A stretch of DNA of 64,000 nt from the NCBI RefSeq assembly GCF_009914755.1, contig NC_060933.1. One strand, given 5' to 3'. This DNA comes from the human T2T-CHM13v2.0 reference genome, Homo sapiens. Of the stretch, positions 1-13,072 are shown piece by piece (within the stretch, counting starts at the first letter, position 1; each line of letters opens with the position of its first letter). The position numbers were made by a program, and so were the translations under genes. Under the pieces are notes generated by a model that had not been told where the DNA came from, searched no databases, and was given only the letters and a program-made list of their open reading frames with translations.

Positions 1-255
1 CTGGGGCACTTTTTGTACTCTCTCAAGAACTTCTGAACACAGTGTCTTAAAACAGATGAATAAATCTCACTAAGGATATTTCAGAGGAAAGATCAATGGA
101 GGGATATAGTTTTGGCAGTGGAACTTAGCAGTCCACCTCATATTATACCACAATGCATCAGATACTCCATCTTGATGTAGGGTTGTTATTCCATGCAGCT
201 ATTTGTGATGAGGACAGTCATTTTGGGCAAACAAGTTATAAAATATCTTGCAGCT

Positions 256-575
<320 letters not shown>

Positions 576-819
576 TGCAGCTTCTTATTTTAAATCATGT
601 TTCTACATTTAACTGGTTAGTAATAAGCAAGAAATGATTTGCACAAATACAATTAAATGGAACCTTATAATGGACTATGCTGTCAGAATTTTATTATTAA
701 AGGCTTATTCATCATTATCCAAAAAAACAAAGAAAACCAAACTAGAAATTATATAAACTCTCTGTTTTGAAAAAGTCTATGAGCCCATATCACCTATTTG
801 TTTATCAGCTGAACATTGG

Positions 820-1020
820 TGGCAATCTTGGTTCTGTCCTTTTTAAACTTTATGAACTTGGTCAATACATAAAGTTTCTTTAAGCTCTGATTTCCTTACT
901 TGTAAAGCACAGGAGAGGGATATCTGTCTCTGAGGATTGTTAAGATAAAATTAGATAACATTTTTAAAGTAGTAATCACACTGTCTGCCACATGACAGTC
1001 ACTTAATAAATGACAGGTGG
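820..1020 (+). mobile_element. MIR fragment
   Basis: MIR core-like TTTCCTTACTTGTAAA...GAGGATTGT...AGATAA and tail-like GTCACTTAATAAATG. Confidence 0.6.
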
Positions 1021-2057
1021 TATTATATTTCACAGTGAGTTTGCCCTTTACATGTAATACATAATTACTGATACCAGTCCAATTTTGGACTTTAGGGAAT
1101 GAATCCACATTTATAAAACTGAGAGAATTTTCAGGGAAAGAGTAGAATTTTCCCTTGCAACACCTTTTTTCTTTTTCCTTTAGAAATGAGTATTGCATAG
1201 CTCTATTGAGAATTCACCTCCTATTATTTAAAACAACGTTTGATTGGGTTCAAACTCTCTCCTGACATCTTCTCAAAGGACAATCCAAACTCTTCAATTA
1301 TCTTTTTCACATACATCTCAAAAGGTATTCTGAGTGCCTGAAAGGCAATAATTCTTTTCCCTTAAAGTTTTGAATTCCATCTGATGAAGATATTACACTT
1401 AGTGGAATAGTACCATGTCACAGAAACAATAGCTTAAATTAACCTCTCACTGTGTTCAGTCAGGTTCTTTCTTTTCCTTCATAAAAGTTGATTCAATGCT
1501 TTTGAAAGAGGCAAGATTGGCAAGGATGGAGAATTAAGGTCTTTGCATCAAAAAATAGGTACTGAGTAGAATGAGTAGCAATATCCTTAAAATTATTGGC
1601 TACAGAATATCAAATACATTTAGGGAAGGACGGCCTTAAGGAGGTGGTGGTAATTGAGTCTTCCTGGTACGTTTAGTCCAGGGATATATCCTAGGGATAA
1701 TAATCAGCTCTATTCAACATGGTGAGTGTTGGTTTTTAATTAAAAACAAACAAACCAACCCATCTTCATCATCTCTTAGATACACTGTGTTGCAAGATTA
1801 GAACCATCATATCAAATTACATGGAAGAAAGTTTTGACAGGACAATTTACCCTCAAGAATTTCAGAATGTGAGACTCAAACCTAAAATAATTCTTTAATC
1901 AACAAATACTTACCAGGTAGCTATCATCTCCCAATCTTTTATTTCCCATGAGGCACTGAGAATAAGAGAGGCATGCTCCCTTTTTCTATGGAGTTGAATG
2001 GAAAGAGGGAGAGACATGAAAGAAATAGAAACACATAAAATTTAAAAGATAATTACC

Positions 2058-2264
2058 TGCTGGCCAACATTATGGGCATATGACCTATGTGATCACACAG
2101 GGCTCTGACTTTAGAAGGGCCACACACTTGGCTTAATGCTTTACTTTTGCCTTCCTGAAACTCTTTATAACTTTTAACGAGAGGACTGCATTTTCATTGC
2201 ATTTTGAACTGGACCTAATTACGTACTTGTTTATTAAGTATTGTGTAATTATGTAGTCAGTCTT
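2058..2264 (+). mobile_element. MER91A-like hAT MITE
   Basis: ATGGGCATATGACCTATGTG...CACAGGGC...AGAAGGGCCACACACTTGGCTTAATGCT...AATTATGTAGTCAGTCTTG follows the remembered MER91A consensus. Confidence 0.7.
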
Positions 2265-2376
2265 GCTCAGATAGCAATAACTGCTATGCAGGAAGTAAAA
2301 CACAGAAATGAGATAGAGAAAAACAGGGGTTATGAGTCACAGAGTTCCTTCAGATGGCATAAAAAAGACCTCTCTT

Positions 2377-2670
2377 CCTGTAATCCCAGCACTTTGGGAG
2401 ACGAAGGCGGGCAGATCTCGAGGCTAGGAGTTTGAGAGCAGACTGGCTAACAAGGCAAAACTCCATCTCTACTGAAAATACAAAAATTAGCCAGGTGTGG
2501 TGGCATGTGTCTGTAATCCCAGCTACTTGGGAGGCTGAGGCACAAGAATTACCTGACCCCTAGAAACAGAGGTTTCAGTGAGCCAAGAATGCGCCACTGC
2601 ACTCCAGCCTGGATGACAGAGCAAGACCCTGTCTCAAAAATAAAATAGATAAATAAAATAAAAAAATTTT
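2377..2670 (+). mobile_element. Old Alu (AluS/AluJ age), about 20 nt 5'-truncated
   Basis: CCTGTAATCCCAGCACTTTGGGAG...CACTGCACTCCAGCCTGG...GACCCTGTCTCAAAAA, degenerate A-tail, degenerate TSD AAAAAAGACCTCTCT / AAAAAACCCTCTCT. Confidence 0.93.
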
Positions 2671-3199
2671 AAAAAACCCTCTCTAATGAGATTTATGAGC
2701 CAAGAATTAAAATGTTTGCTAAATTAGTGGATCTCACTTCATTCCCTTATAAGCAACTGAATATAAATTCAACAGACACTGATTTAATACCTAACCTGTA
2801 CAAAAAGCCATAAGATTACCCTTTAGGGATTAGTAATAGGACAAAATTTTTGACCCAGTAAATTTAAGGTGAAAAAAAGTACTCAAGTAGTTCTCAATCT
2901 GTTCTTTAATAGAGACACTGAGAGATATGAGTATTTCAGTAGTGGAAGTGAAAGATACAAGTGTTTAGAAGAGCAAGAAAAGCCTTTAAAAGCAGGAAAG
3001 ATTGATTTCATTGTCCCGGTTAGTCGGGTAGGACGGGGTAGCAAGCACTTCTTTTCCAGGGAGGACAGAGCATCATTGAAGTCCCAGAAGGAAAAAAAGC
3101 AGAGTGCTTTTGAGTAACAGTGAGTAATGTCTAAGTTTATTTACAGGATAGGATAGATGTAGGAAATGTTTTTAAAAAACAAACAACTGGGTGCATTCT

Positions 3200-3870
3200 C
3201 GTCTCCTGCTTTTCTCTTCTCACCTTTACCTAATAAATTGCCAAGTCCAATTGATTCTGTCTTCTAAATATCTCTTGAGGGCATTGCTTCTGTCCTACTT
3301 CCAGCTTCCATCCTCTCATTTCTAGATGGCTGAATCAACTTCCCAACTCATCTGTCTTCAATTAGGCCTCTTCCCCAGATCGGTTCTCTTGTCTGAAATT
3401 AGAGAACTCATTCTAAAATGAAAATCTGATCGTCTCATGGTTGGGTTTGAAATCTTTCCATGCAGTGTTATGAGTGGGTAAGTCTTGATTTTGAAATAAG
3501 ACAGAATGTGATTTGAGTCCCAGCTCTCCCACTTAATAGCTGTGCTCTTTAATGAGCCTCATGTCCTCTCTGATCCTTGGTATCCTCATGGGGAGTTTAT
3601 GATAATTAAATAATGTATATAAATTGATAACACTGCCTTGTGAACAGAGCGTGCTCGGTGAATGTTATTGCTGTCAGAACACGTCCAATTCCTTTGTGTG
3701 GCTTTTAAGGCTCTAACTTAGTTGGTTTCTGGTTTCCTCTCTAATGTTATTCCTTGCCTTATTCTCCACTTCCACAATATGCTCAAGGACGTGCTCTCCC
3801 TTTTCCTCAGGACTTTAACATGCTCTGCTTTCTCCTAAGAATATCTGTCTTCCATGACTTATTTGTACTA
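3200..3870 (+). mobile_element. L2 fragment interrupted by a MIR (about 3470-3670)
   Basis: Pyrimidine-rich L2-like text (CCAAGTCC...TTCTAAATATCTC, AAAATCTGATC) around a MIR core (TTGAGTCCCAGCTCTCCCACTTAATAGCTGTG). Confidence 0.55.
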
Positions 3871-4824
3871 TTCATTCAATCTATTGTTGTTCTACCCATT
3901 TGATAGGCAGGAATACTCAGACACTACTTGGCCCGATGACTTTTTCAAAGTCACATGGTGACTAGCAGAATAAAGCCATAAACCAGCTTCTGTTGGTTCA
4001 AATCCTGTTCTCATTTCCTGTAAGACCTATTATTTCACAATTTTCAGATGTTCACTGGGAAAATATTTGTTTTTTTCCCTCAATACAAGTACTTTCACAA
4101 TATAAATTGTGTCTGCTGCACTCGTAGTTAATCTGGGTTTCTACTAACAGCTTATGTATACCAAGTAAGATCAGTGAACAAAATAAACCAATGAACAAAA
4201 ACCTGGATATACTGCTTCCCCTTCCAAGCATAATCTTCAATTTCGGGGTTAATGAAGCTGTTATCCCATTCTTTGGCGGACACATAAGGCAGCCATTTTT
4301 AAGTTTCACTTGCTTCAGCTATAAAATTGGTGCTACAGAAGCAGACTGTTATTTTTAAGGCATTTAGGGAAAGCTGTCACAGATACAAATTTAAATGGAA
4401 TGTTAATCTGCTTGGTAAAATTAGAGTTTTAATCTTAAAGTCTGAGGTAAAATAAATTCAGATTGATATAGATTCATTCCACAAACATCAATAATTTTCC
4501 ATTACGTTAAAATCAATTCTAATTTTACATGCAAACAACAGATTCAAGTAAAAACCTTAGAGGTTTGTGTTCTATCACAAGCATACTTATTTTGGGTCTG
4601 TGCAAATCCAAAAACATTTGGAACAGCTGCATGTTCTCCTTGCTAAGGAGGGGACAATTTTGCTTTGATGCCTCCAATTCTAAAAAACTCCAGTTCATTC
4701 TTTCTAATTAGCCATCATATTTAGTTTGAACTCAGGGTCTTAAAAAAATTGAAAGAAACCTGAGGGAAGTTGAGTTAAAAAATTATAGTCACAACAAAAC
4801 TTGATTAAAAGCACATAAAATTAT

Positions 4825-5030
4825 CTGGAAGTAGCAGTATTTGTAGTGACATGGGAAATGCTAGTCTATTTTTTTAAAATTGCATTTAGAAAGTCATTTA
4901 ACCTCTTCAAAACTCAAGTTTTGTCATCTATAAAATGAGATCAACTTGCCAATTTTTAAGACTTTGTGTCAGGATTAAATAAAATATTGTGAAAGCACTT
5001 TGAACATACCTATGCTAATCAAATATAATG
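4825..5030 (+). mobile_element. MIR fragment
   Basis: AAAGTCATTTAACCTCT...CTCAAGTTTTGTCATCTATAAAATGAG...AGGATTAAATAAAA...GTGAAAGCACTTTG. Confidence 0.6.
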
Positions 5031-5649
5031 TGAAATCATTTCATTTCATACTGGAAAAGGCAAATAAATCCTTCATTTCTCTTTTCTGTTGATAAAATAT
5101 CCAATTAGATCCTGTTTCCAATTGTCATCTGATTTTGGTTTCACCTGAAAAGTTTTCGCTACTCTCCACTCAAATTCTCTAAAAATTCGTTTTCTCTATG
5201 AAATGTTCTGAGTCCTACAGCTTTTGTTTATCCTTTCTCATCTGTGTAAGAGCATCTTTTCAACTTCAATCCACATACATAAGACTTGCATGGCATCTCA
5301 TTTTCAGATCCTTTAGAACAGAACAACTTTCACATTGCCTCTGGGTGCCTGGCAAAGTGTTAAGCATGAAGGAAATGCTCAATGATGTATTTCTGAATGG
5401 ATCCATTCACTTCTTGAGAAGGCCAACTGGGTTTTCTGTTTAGGCATCCTGATGGTTATTCATAGTTTCTTATGTCTAAAATGAATCTAGCCCAGAGTTA
5501 GCCATGTGGAGATTAGTACTAGAGAAAACCGACATAACTCACTGGTCATGTTAGGATTTAAATATCTCTTGCACCTTATATTAATGACAATAAGAGCTCT
5601 TATTTGAAGATTAATCTTCAGTGAGAGACATTCATTAACATGGGGACTG

Positions 5650-5840
5650 GCAGTAGACTGACTTATCCAACATTTTCTAGTTATTAGCCTTGCAACTTTT
5701 GAAAGCGACCTAGCTATTTCGTATCTCAATTTTCTTATCTGTAAAATGGCCATGCTATTACCTGCCTCAGCAAGATGTTGTGAAGTTTAAATGAGATAGC
5801 ATATATACTATTGGCTACAAGTGTTCTTAATGTCTACATC
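5650..5840 (+). mobile_element. MIR fragment
   Basis: TCTCAATTTTCTTATCTGTAAAATGG...TACCTGCCTC...GTTGTGAAGTTTAAATGAGATA. Confidence 0.6.
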
Positions 5841-6287
5841 ATAAGATACCTGAGCAACTCATTCATTTATCCATTTACTGTCTATACAAATATGGATTAG
5901 ACATAGTCTTTGCTCTTGAGCATTGAAAGTGAGATCAGGTCTAAAATTTGATCAGTAGCAATATCACTATATTTGAACCAGACTGGTTTAAGAGTACAAG
6001 AGAAGAAATGATTAATTTTGCATGGAACTTCAAAAGGATATGTGCTAGAAAGAAAGGTTATTTGAATTGGGCTTTTAGTTGATAAGCAAGTTTGTTTTAA
6101 TAAGCAGAAAGAGTGTAGTGGAGAAGGAAACTACTTTCTAGATAAGCAATAAATGATCATCAGGGCTTAATTTTGCAGAATATTTTGTGCAAAAATTGAA
6201 TGAGAACACACATATGAAGATGCTACAAGAGTATTCTATTGTACAACTGGGTAAGCTTAGTTTTATGAATTCTAAAGATAGGCCCCT

Positions 6288-6290
<3 letters not shown>

Positions 6291-6328
<38 letters not shown>
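6291..6328. repeat. (AC)19 microsatellite
   Basis: Perfect dinucleotide run read directly. Confidence 0.97.
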
Positions 6329-6330
<2 letters not shown>

Positions 6331-7689
6331 GCATGATATATATATATAAAGCTAAATATAGTCTGTATCATTTATCTGTAACATAATGACATATACCTGG
6401 AAAATGAAGACAGTCTCATTTTAAGAAAGAATATTCAGATAATTAAAAATTCTATCAGATTTAATCAAGCTATTTCTAAACAACAAAATAGGAGTAGCTG
6501 GTTTTAAAATAGCTTATGATTTATTTGTCTAGTCATATTTAATAGAAATACTGTAGGGTTATATTAATGACTCTTCAACAGTTTTATTTTAGTTACTTGA
6601 TAAGTGAAAGTAATATTATCTCTTTCAGAAATAATTAACAATGTAAAATCAGGTCCATGATGTTGGGAAGGTTTGGGAAACCTATAATTCTGCTTAGAAG
6701 TAAACAGTTTAAGAAAAGCCCCAATATGTATATTGTTTATAAACTTTAACAGAAGCAGTATATCATCCTTTCTTTGTTCATGTTTTTGATATTATAAGAA
6801 ATATAAAACCCAGTTTATTAGTTATTGGAATTTGTCAAGGACTTTTCATGGCTGGACCTACATTAACACAGATGGCAAAATTACAATTTGCCTTCATTAT
6901 TGTGTTCATTAACAGCAAGAAATTCATTATAAAGATGACTGCAAGGAAAACAAAATGTAATTATTAGACTTTTGTATGTAAACATATTAAACACTTAATA
7001 TCATATGCATTTAAGAAAAATATTTTATAGATATATAAAGCATTTTGCTTTATTTATCAACAACTGAACAAAGTATAACATCAAAATACTTTTAATTATC
7101 TTTGATCCAGCACCGATGTAAGACTTTCATATGTAATATCTAAATTTTGATGGTAAGGAAAGGTAGTTACTCCCAGGTTACAGAAAAAATATATATATTT
7201 TTAAAATTCTGTAACCAAGTTAAACTGATCTTTTAAAATGCACATAGTATAATGACTACCAGACACTATAATAAAGATTTATAAAATTTCTCCTTGTTAA
7301 AGTTTAGCCAAAATTATCAACAGATTAATCACTATAAAGCTTAATATTTTAGAAAATAACTATAATTTTAATTGACACAAACAAAATATCAACTAATATT
7401 CTGTAGTGGATCTGAAGTGTAAACTATTTTAGTTTTCACAAGATTAGCTTTATCTAATGAACAGCAAATATTTAGTAAACTTTTAAAATATAAAGCATAT
7501 TTCTTCATTGCTGAAAATAGGTAGTAAAGGATTTCTATGTGTGTTCAACTAGCTGTTACTGCCTCCCCTATTGTTTATCATGATAGGTTCTAGCACATAT
7601 TGGTGATAGTTCTTAAAGTAGTACTTCTATACTACTGCCATTATATTTTAAAATACCTACACTGTAATCGGGGAATACAAATCAAAATT

Positions 7690-8110
7690 TTACAAATGTG
7701 AATAACTTTGGGTCTAACAATTTGGTTTGAAAACAGTTCAGATAGTTATACAAATATGTGTGTGCACTGAATGTTTAATGCAAGCTTCTTTGTATTAGTG
7801 AAAGTTGGAAACAACAAATATCCATTGATGACACTGAGCAAATAAAGTACTCACCTCTGCATGTATATGACGACATGCAACATAACCACCAAAATAACTA
7901 TGTAGCTCAATATTTATGACATGGAAAGATGCCCATGATCGATTAAATTATTAAAAAACAGTATATCAAGTCACCAAATAGCAGTGATTTCATTTATGTA
8001 TCTATATATTTGTAAAGAAAAAATATCTTTTCATAAATGCAGATAATTTGTTAAAATATTTGACCAGTCCTTAACAGCGGTCTTTTTTCTCAGTGGTATA
8101 ATTTTTGTGA
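7690..8110 (+). mobile_element. Ancient L1 (L1ME-like) 3' fragment
   Basis: GAATGTTTAATGCAAGC...TTGGAAACAACAAATATCCATTG...ACATGGAAAGATGCCCATGA resemble old L1 3' ends. Confidence 0.5.
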
Positions 8111-9229
8111 TATCTCTTCAATATTTTATGCCTTCATAAGGCTGCCATTTGGTTGTGCATGCCTTGTCCATAATAGAAAAATACACAGCTTCTGCAAACA
8201 CTTTACTTCCATCTATCAGAAAACTGACAAGTTTAATGGTCAATTACATATTTGTAAATATACAATTTATGAGGTCTAACAGTTGATGATGCTACTTAGA
8301 GTTGTCCCATCCATAACCTCGAGAGCCATAAACAATGGCCCTGCCTTTATATATTGCCTTTAACAAACACTAAATATTATTTCTAAAATAAAAACACTTT
8401 AATTCTAAAAAGTCCCTAAGTAGCAAGTAATAGTACTGTCTTTGTGAAAAAAAAAATTATACCAGTGTTACATACAATATAAACCGGAAATATGCACATG
8501 TCAAAATAATAAAAAAAGTAAATATATAATTCCAAATTATTTCTCTCTCCCTATTTCTTAGGAATCACGAGAAAGACTAAGACTGACTAAACCATAAAAT
8601 ATTTCTGAAAACGAGTTGTTAAGATTTGAATTGCTTGAAATGTCTTTGTGTGCCTCATCTGTGGTACTGCCAATTTCAAATACAACAAAAGTGTTTTCTT
8701 ATTCTTTGTTCTGGGCAGAAGATAATCTGAACTTAGAAATACACCCCATGCCTCTGGCTTAGCAATACACCACTTGGGATTTAATGTTCTATTTTAATAG
8801 AGGTTTGTCACATCATTTTATAATGAACACTGAACTGGCCAAAGGTGAAAATGATACTAACCAAAAGAAAATATTCATACAATACAGTCAGCTGTACCCT
8901 TATTGAAAAGCTCGTTTGGTATTGTAGCTAATAGGATTTGACACTGGCGTCTCAGCAGTCCTGGCACATTCTTGGCACATGGTGTGCACTCAATAATTCT
9001 TTCTTCTCCCTGATGATGAAATGATGCTCAGAGATAGTATATTGATGGGAAATAAAAGTCTGATCCAGATTGATGGAAAAGAATGGAGAATAAAAAACAA
9101 ACAAACAAACAACAATAACACAAACAAAAACTGTAAGTGACACCAGTATTGAAAAAAAAAACAAAAAAACAGTAAAGAATGTGAAGGAGTAATGAAAGCT
9201 TTTGACATCTATGGACAGGTATTTAAGTC

Positions 9230-9480
9230 ACATATTTGAGAATATCTGTAAACATGTTTTGAGTGTGTACTGTGTGACTGGTACTACATTAAGAGCTTTG
9301 TATGCATCGCTTTGTTCACTACTCACAAATATGTGAGATAAGTACAATTATTATCTTTATTTTAAAGATGAGAAAGCTGAGACACGAAGGGCACAAAGAG
9401 GTTAAGTAGCTTGCTCCAGGTCAGACAGCTAAGGTCCCAGTTCTGCAGGATTTAATTCTTGGTTCTTAGCCATTATACTA
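9230..9480 (-). mobile_element. MIR, near full length
   Basis: TACTGTGTG...ATTATTATCTTTATTTTAAAGATGAGAAAGCTGAGAC...GAGGTTAAGTAGCTTGCTCCAGGTCAGACAGCTA. Confidence 0.75.
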
Positions 9481-9529
9481 TCATAAAGAAGGGGGTGTGA
9501 AGTGAAAATCAAAATATGAGTTGCATTAT

Positions 9530-11095
9530 TTTCATTTCTAGCTATGATGGAGTAGCTTGTAGTAGACCAATCACCTGCTTAGAGCTACTAGAAAATCTTT
9601 ATTAAAATACACACAGACAAAGAAGCATTTTTTTAAAGCACTGGAGAGCTTTGAGCTTGCTAGGATGTTAGGACAAAGATCCCGGAAGGACGGTAAATTC
9701 ATTGGAGGTAAGACATACATAAATACTGTCCATTTTTCTCCTTGGGACATGAGCTATTTTCTTAAGCAGTTACCAGGTAGAGACAGTGATGTCAGATAGA
9801 CGCTGCCACCAACAGAAGCTGGTAGAGCTTTCTACACTGTCAAATAGCTAGGGAGACAAAAAGTTAGGGTGTATATCTATTAAGATAGCTACGAATTGAG
9901 GGATTGAGATCCTGACGAGAGAAGAGAGGAACCCAGGAGTTAGCCCAGCTCTTTGAGATAGTTTTCCTTGAGACCTTTGCAGTTCTTAAGCCTTACAAGG
10001 TAAAAGGCTATGAACCTAAACAAACAAGGAGCTGAAAAGCTGACTGGAGCTGCTGGCACATTTAAGTTGTTACAGACACAAAAATTAGATTTGAGAGCCC
10101 ATAAGGAAGGAGAGTCCCTGATAAACATGTCAGGCCCTTAGTTGGGTCCCTCTTGGCGTATAACACAAAGTTTGGGGAAACCAGAACTAAGCTGAGTCTA
10201 GACTTTGAAAATTCTAAACCTCATCCTCTTCCTCATGAAGTTCTTGTTTGGAGGGATATATTCTGATTCTACTCCATCTGCCTGCTAGAAAATAGAGTGA
10301 ATCTTCTCTGTAGCTTCTACAGTTTTTTACACAATGTCCAGTATATGAAATGAAGGTTTGTGTCCTCCTCAAAATGAAGCCTTAACCCCCAACATGATGG
10401 TATTTGGAGATGGGGCTTTGGAAGGTAATTAGGTTTAGATGAGGTTAGTATCCTTATAATCACAGAATAAGAGACCAGAGTTCTCTTTCTCTCCACTACA
10501 CAAGTACAGAGCAAAAAGGCAGGCTTCTGCAATCCAAGAAGGGACCTGTCACCAGGAAACTGAATCAGCCAGCCTCTTGATCTTGGACTTCTCAGCCTCA
10601 AGGATTTGAGGAATAAATTCCTGTTGTTAAAGCTACCCAGTTAATGATATTTTGTATGACAACCTAGGGTAGAGAATTAAATGCAGTATCACCAGGCATA
10701 CAAAAAATGCCGTGAGAATAAGAGACAACAGAAACATACTCATAAGTGATACAAATATTAGAATTTCCAGATACGCACTGAAAGTAAATGTGTTAAAATA
10801 GTCAGGATGGCAACAGAGATAACTGCATCAGAGAAATGGAATCTATGAAAAATAATCAAACAAAAACTCTAAAATGCAAAAAACTGCAGTAACTATAATT
10901 AAGAACCCAATGAATAAGTTAAATTCCATATTAGACAGAATTGAAGAGGGAATTGGTGATTTGAAACATAAAGCAGTACAAAATATTCTAGTTGATATAC
11001 AGAGAAGAAAAGAATAAATAATGCAGAAAAAAATACAAAACTTACGAGAAACAATGAAAAGGTCTAACATACTTTTAGCTGGAATCCTAGCAGAG
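9530..11095 (+). mobile_element. Ancient L1M 5'UTR and ORF1 relic, interrupted by an MLT1 LTR
   Basis: L1M-like 5' start (TTCTAGCTATGATGGAGTAGCTTG) and A-rich ORF1-like text at 10680-11095 (TTAGACAGAATTGAAGAGGGAATTGGTGATTTGAA, AAAAGGTCTAACATAC). Confidence 0.55.
10345..10670 (+). mobile_element. MLT1A-like MaLR solo LTR
   Basis: CTTAACCCCCAACATGATGGTATTTGGAGATGGGGCTTTGGAAGGTAATTAGGTTTAGATGAGGT...AATAAATTCCTGTTGTTAAAGCTACCCAGT. Confidence 0.8.
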
Positions 11096-11850
11096 TGGAT
11101 CCTATAATGCACCACTCCAAGATTAAGGCAGTCATTCTCCCAAGTGCTGGAAGTATTGGCAACTCAAGCCCCTTGGCCAAATCCTACTCTAGGAATTTTC
11201 CTTAGCCAAAGATATATATTTTGCTCAAGGCTGCATTCCATCTTGGAAGGCTGTTGACATCCAGTGACTAGTTGATGCAATGACATGAAGATCTGGACCA
11301 CTTGAAGGGACATCCTAGCTCCAGAGCTGCCCGTGGAATGGCTGAAAAATTTGTTGCCACTTCATCACAGTTTTACTTCTCTCTCTGCCCATTCAGACTT
11401 CTTTACTCCTTATATAAATGCTAATGCTGAGGGCACTCCCCAAATTCTTATCTCAGAGTCTATTTCCTGGGACACTAAGACAGTTGGTGCTGGTAATGTT
11501 CGAAAGAAGCAAACACTAAAATGGGATTTTGGAATCTGTCAACCTACCAGCTGGCTGGCAACGGTCACTGGTTGAAGGTGAAGTGCTGAATAGCCCACGG
11601 CATTGTGTAGAAATTCCATAGTTCACTGTGGTGAAGTGGGGTGGGATGACATGTAGAAGAAAATGCTGTTGCTTGTACAATGTCTCAGGTTTTTGAGAAT
11701 TTAGGGATACTACTAATTACAAAGATAATAGAATCAGAAGGCTTCTGATAAATGCCAATTATGCAATGGAGAAAAACGGTGAAAGGCTAAGGGTGACTAA
11801 CTAAAATCAAAATTAATTAAAAACAAAAGAGGCTTTCTTTCACAGCACAT
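11095..11850 (+). mobile_element. ERVL LTR16-like LTR (to about 11480) plus start of its internal region
   Basis: ACATCCAGTGACTAGTTGATG, AGCTCCAGAGCTGCCCGTGG, LTR end CTAAGACA, then GTTGGTGCTGG...GAAGCAAACACTAAAATGGGATTTTGGA as in ERV3-16A3-type internal starts. Confidence 0.65.
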
Positions 11851-12015
11851 AAAGAAATATAATTGTATATCTAGCCTGAAGAATCTACTGACAACTGTTA
11901 GAATTAATAAATTTAGGAAGGTCACTAGATACAAAGTCAATATTTTAAAATTGCATTTCTACAGACCAGCAAAAATAAATCATTTAGAAAACGACAATTT
12001 AATATATGCATATAT

Positions 12016-12510
12016 ACTATGATGGATTGGCTGCAAAGAAGGTCACCAACAATTTCTTCATCCTGTATACCTATATCAATGCACCAATCAAGAATTAGGT
12101 TATTTTTACCTACTACTTAAAGCTGGACTGGGTTTGTGACTTGCTTTGACCAGTAGATTTCAGCAGAAGTGTTATTATATCAGTTCTTGGTTTAAGCTTA
12201 CCAAGGTCTTGCACTGCTGTATTCATTTTTGAAAGTAAGCTACCAAACACAGAACTTGGGCTAGACTGTCTAATCATGACAGACCATATGAAGAGAGTAA
12301 GAGGCCATATGGAGGAAAATCAATGCATCCCAGACAATAGCCAGTACATCCACTTTATTGAGGTGATGCTTGGCTCCCAGAAGAACCATGGCAGCTGTCA
12401 TCAGGAGAGACATACCAAATATGCTGAGCCTGGCCCAGTTCCATGACGTTCAGAATCATGAGCAATAAACCTAACAAACTTTGATGATGGTGTGTAGTGC
12501 AGCAATATTA
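12016..12510 (+). mobile_element. Old MLT1 (F/G/H-type) MaLR LTR
   Basis: GGGTTTGTGACTTGCTTTGACCAGTAGA...GCAGAAGTG...CAGAATCATGAGCAATAAA...TAGTGCAGCAATA. Confidence 0.65.
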
Positions 12511-12517
12511 CATGTGC

Positions 12518-12637
12518 ATATATATAAAATATATAATATTATAATATCTTATACATTATATATTTATAATATAAAATATATAATATAATATCTTATACAT
12601 TATATAATTTATAATATAAAATATATAATTATATATA
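12518..12637. repeat. AT-rich low-complexity tract with an imperfect tandem duplication of about 41 bp
   Basis: TATAAAATATATAATA(T)TATAATATCTTATACATTATATA occurs twice in succession. Confidence 0.8.
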
Positions 12638-12716
12638 TATGTTTGGTGCAAAAGTAATTGTGGGTTTTGCCATAAAAGTAATGGCAAAAATCACAATTAC
12701 TTTTGCAGCCTCCTAA
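12638..12716. mobile_element. MADE1 (Hsmar1 mariner-derived MITE)
   Basis: TTGGTGCAAAAGTAATTGTGGGTTTTGCCAT-AAAAGTA-ATGGCAAAAATCACAATTACTTTTGCA: palindromic element of about 80 bp. Confidence 0.93.
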
Positions 12717-13072
12717 CATATACATCAGAATAGACAGTTCACAGGCTGACACTTACAATGTGGAAAGCAGCGTAAGATCACAGGTACAGAGAAAAGAGTA
12801 AACCATGCCATGAACTTACATTACTAAATTTTATACTTGAAATTACATTTAACAATGATGCAGATATAGTTTTGAGCAAAGATAGCTTCTTGAGATATTT
12901 CTGCATACAGATTCAATTACATTTGGTTAGGAAAATCAGCATCTTGAACTAATAACAAAACTGGAATTTCTTCACCACTAATTTAAGAAGAGGAGATAAA
13001 AATAGTGTTGAGTTGATTTTTATATAATAATAATGTGAAGAAAAAATGAATGCAACAATAAAAAGAATGAAA

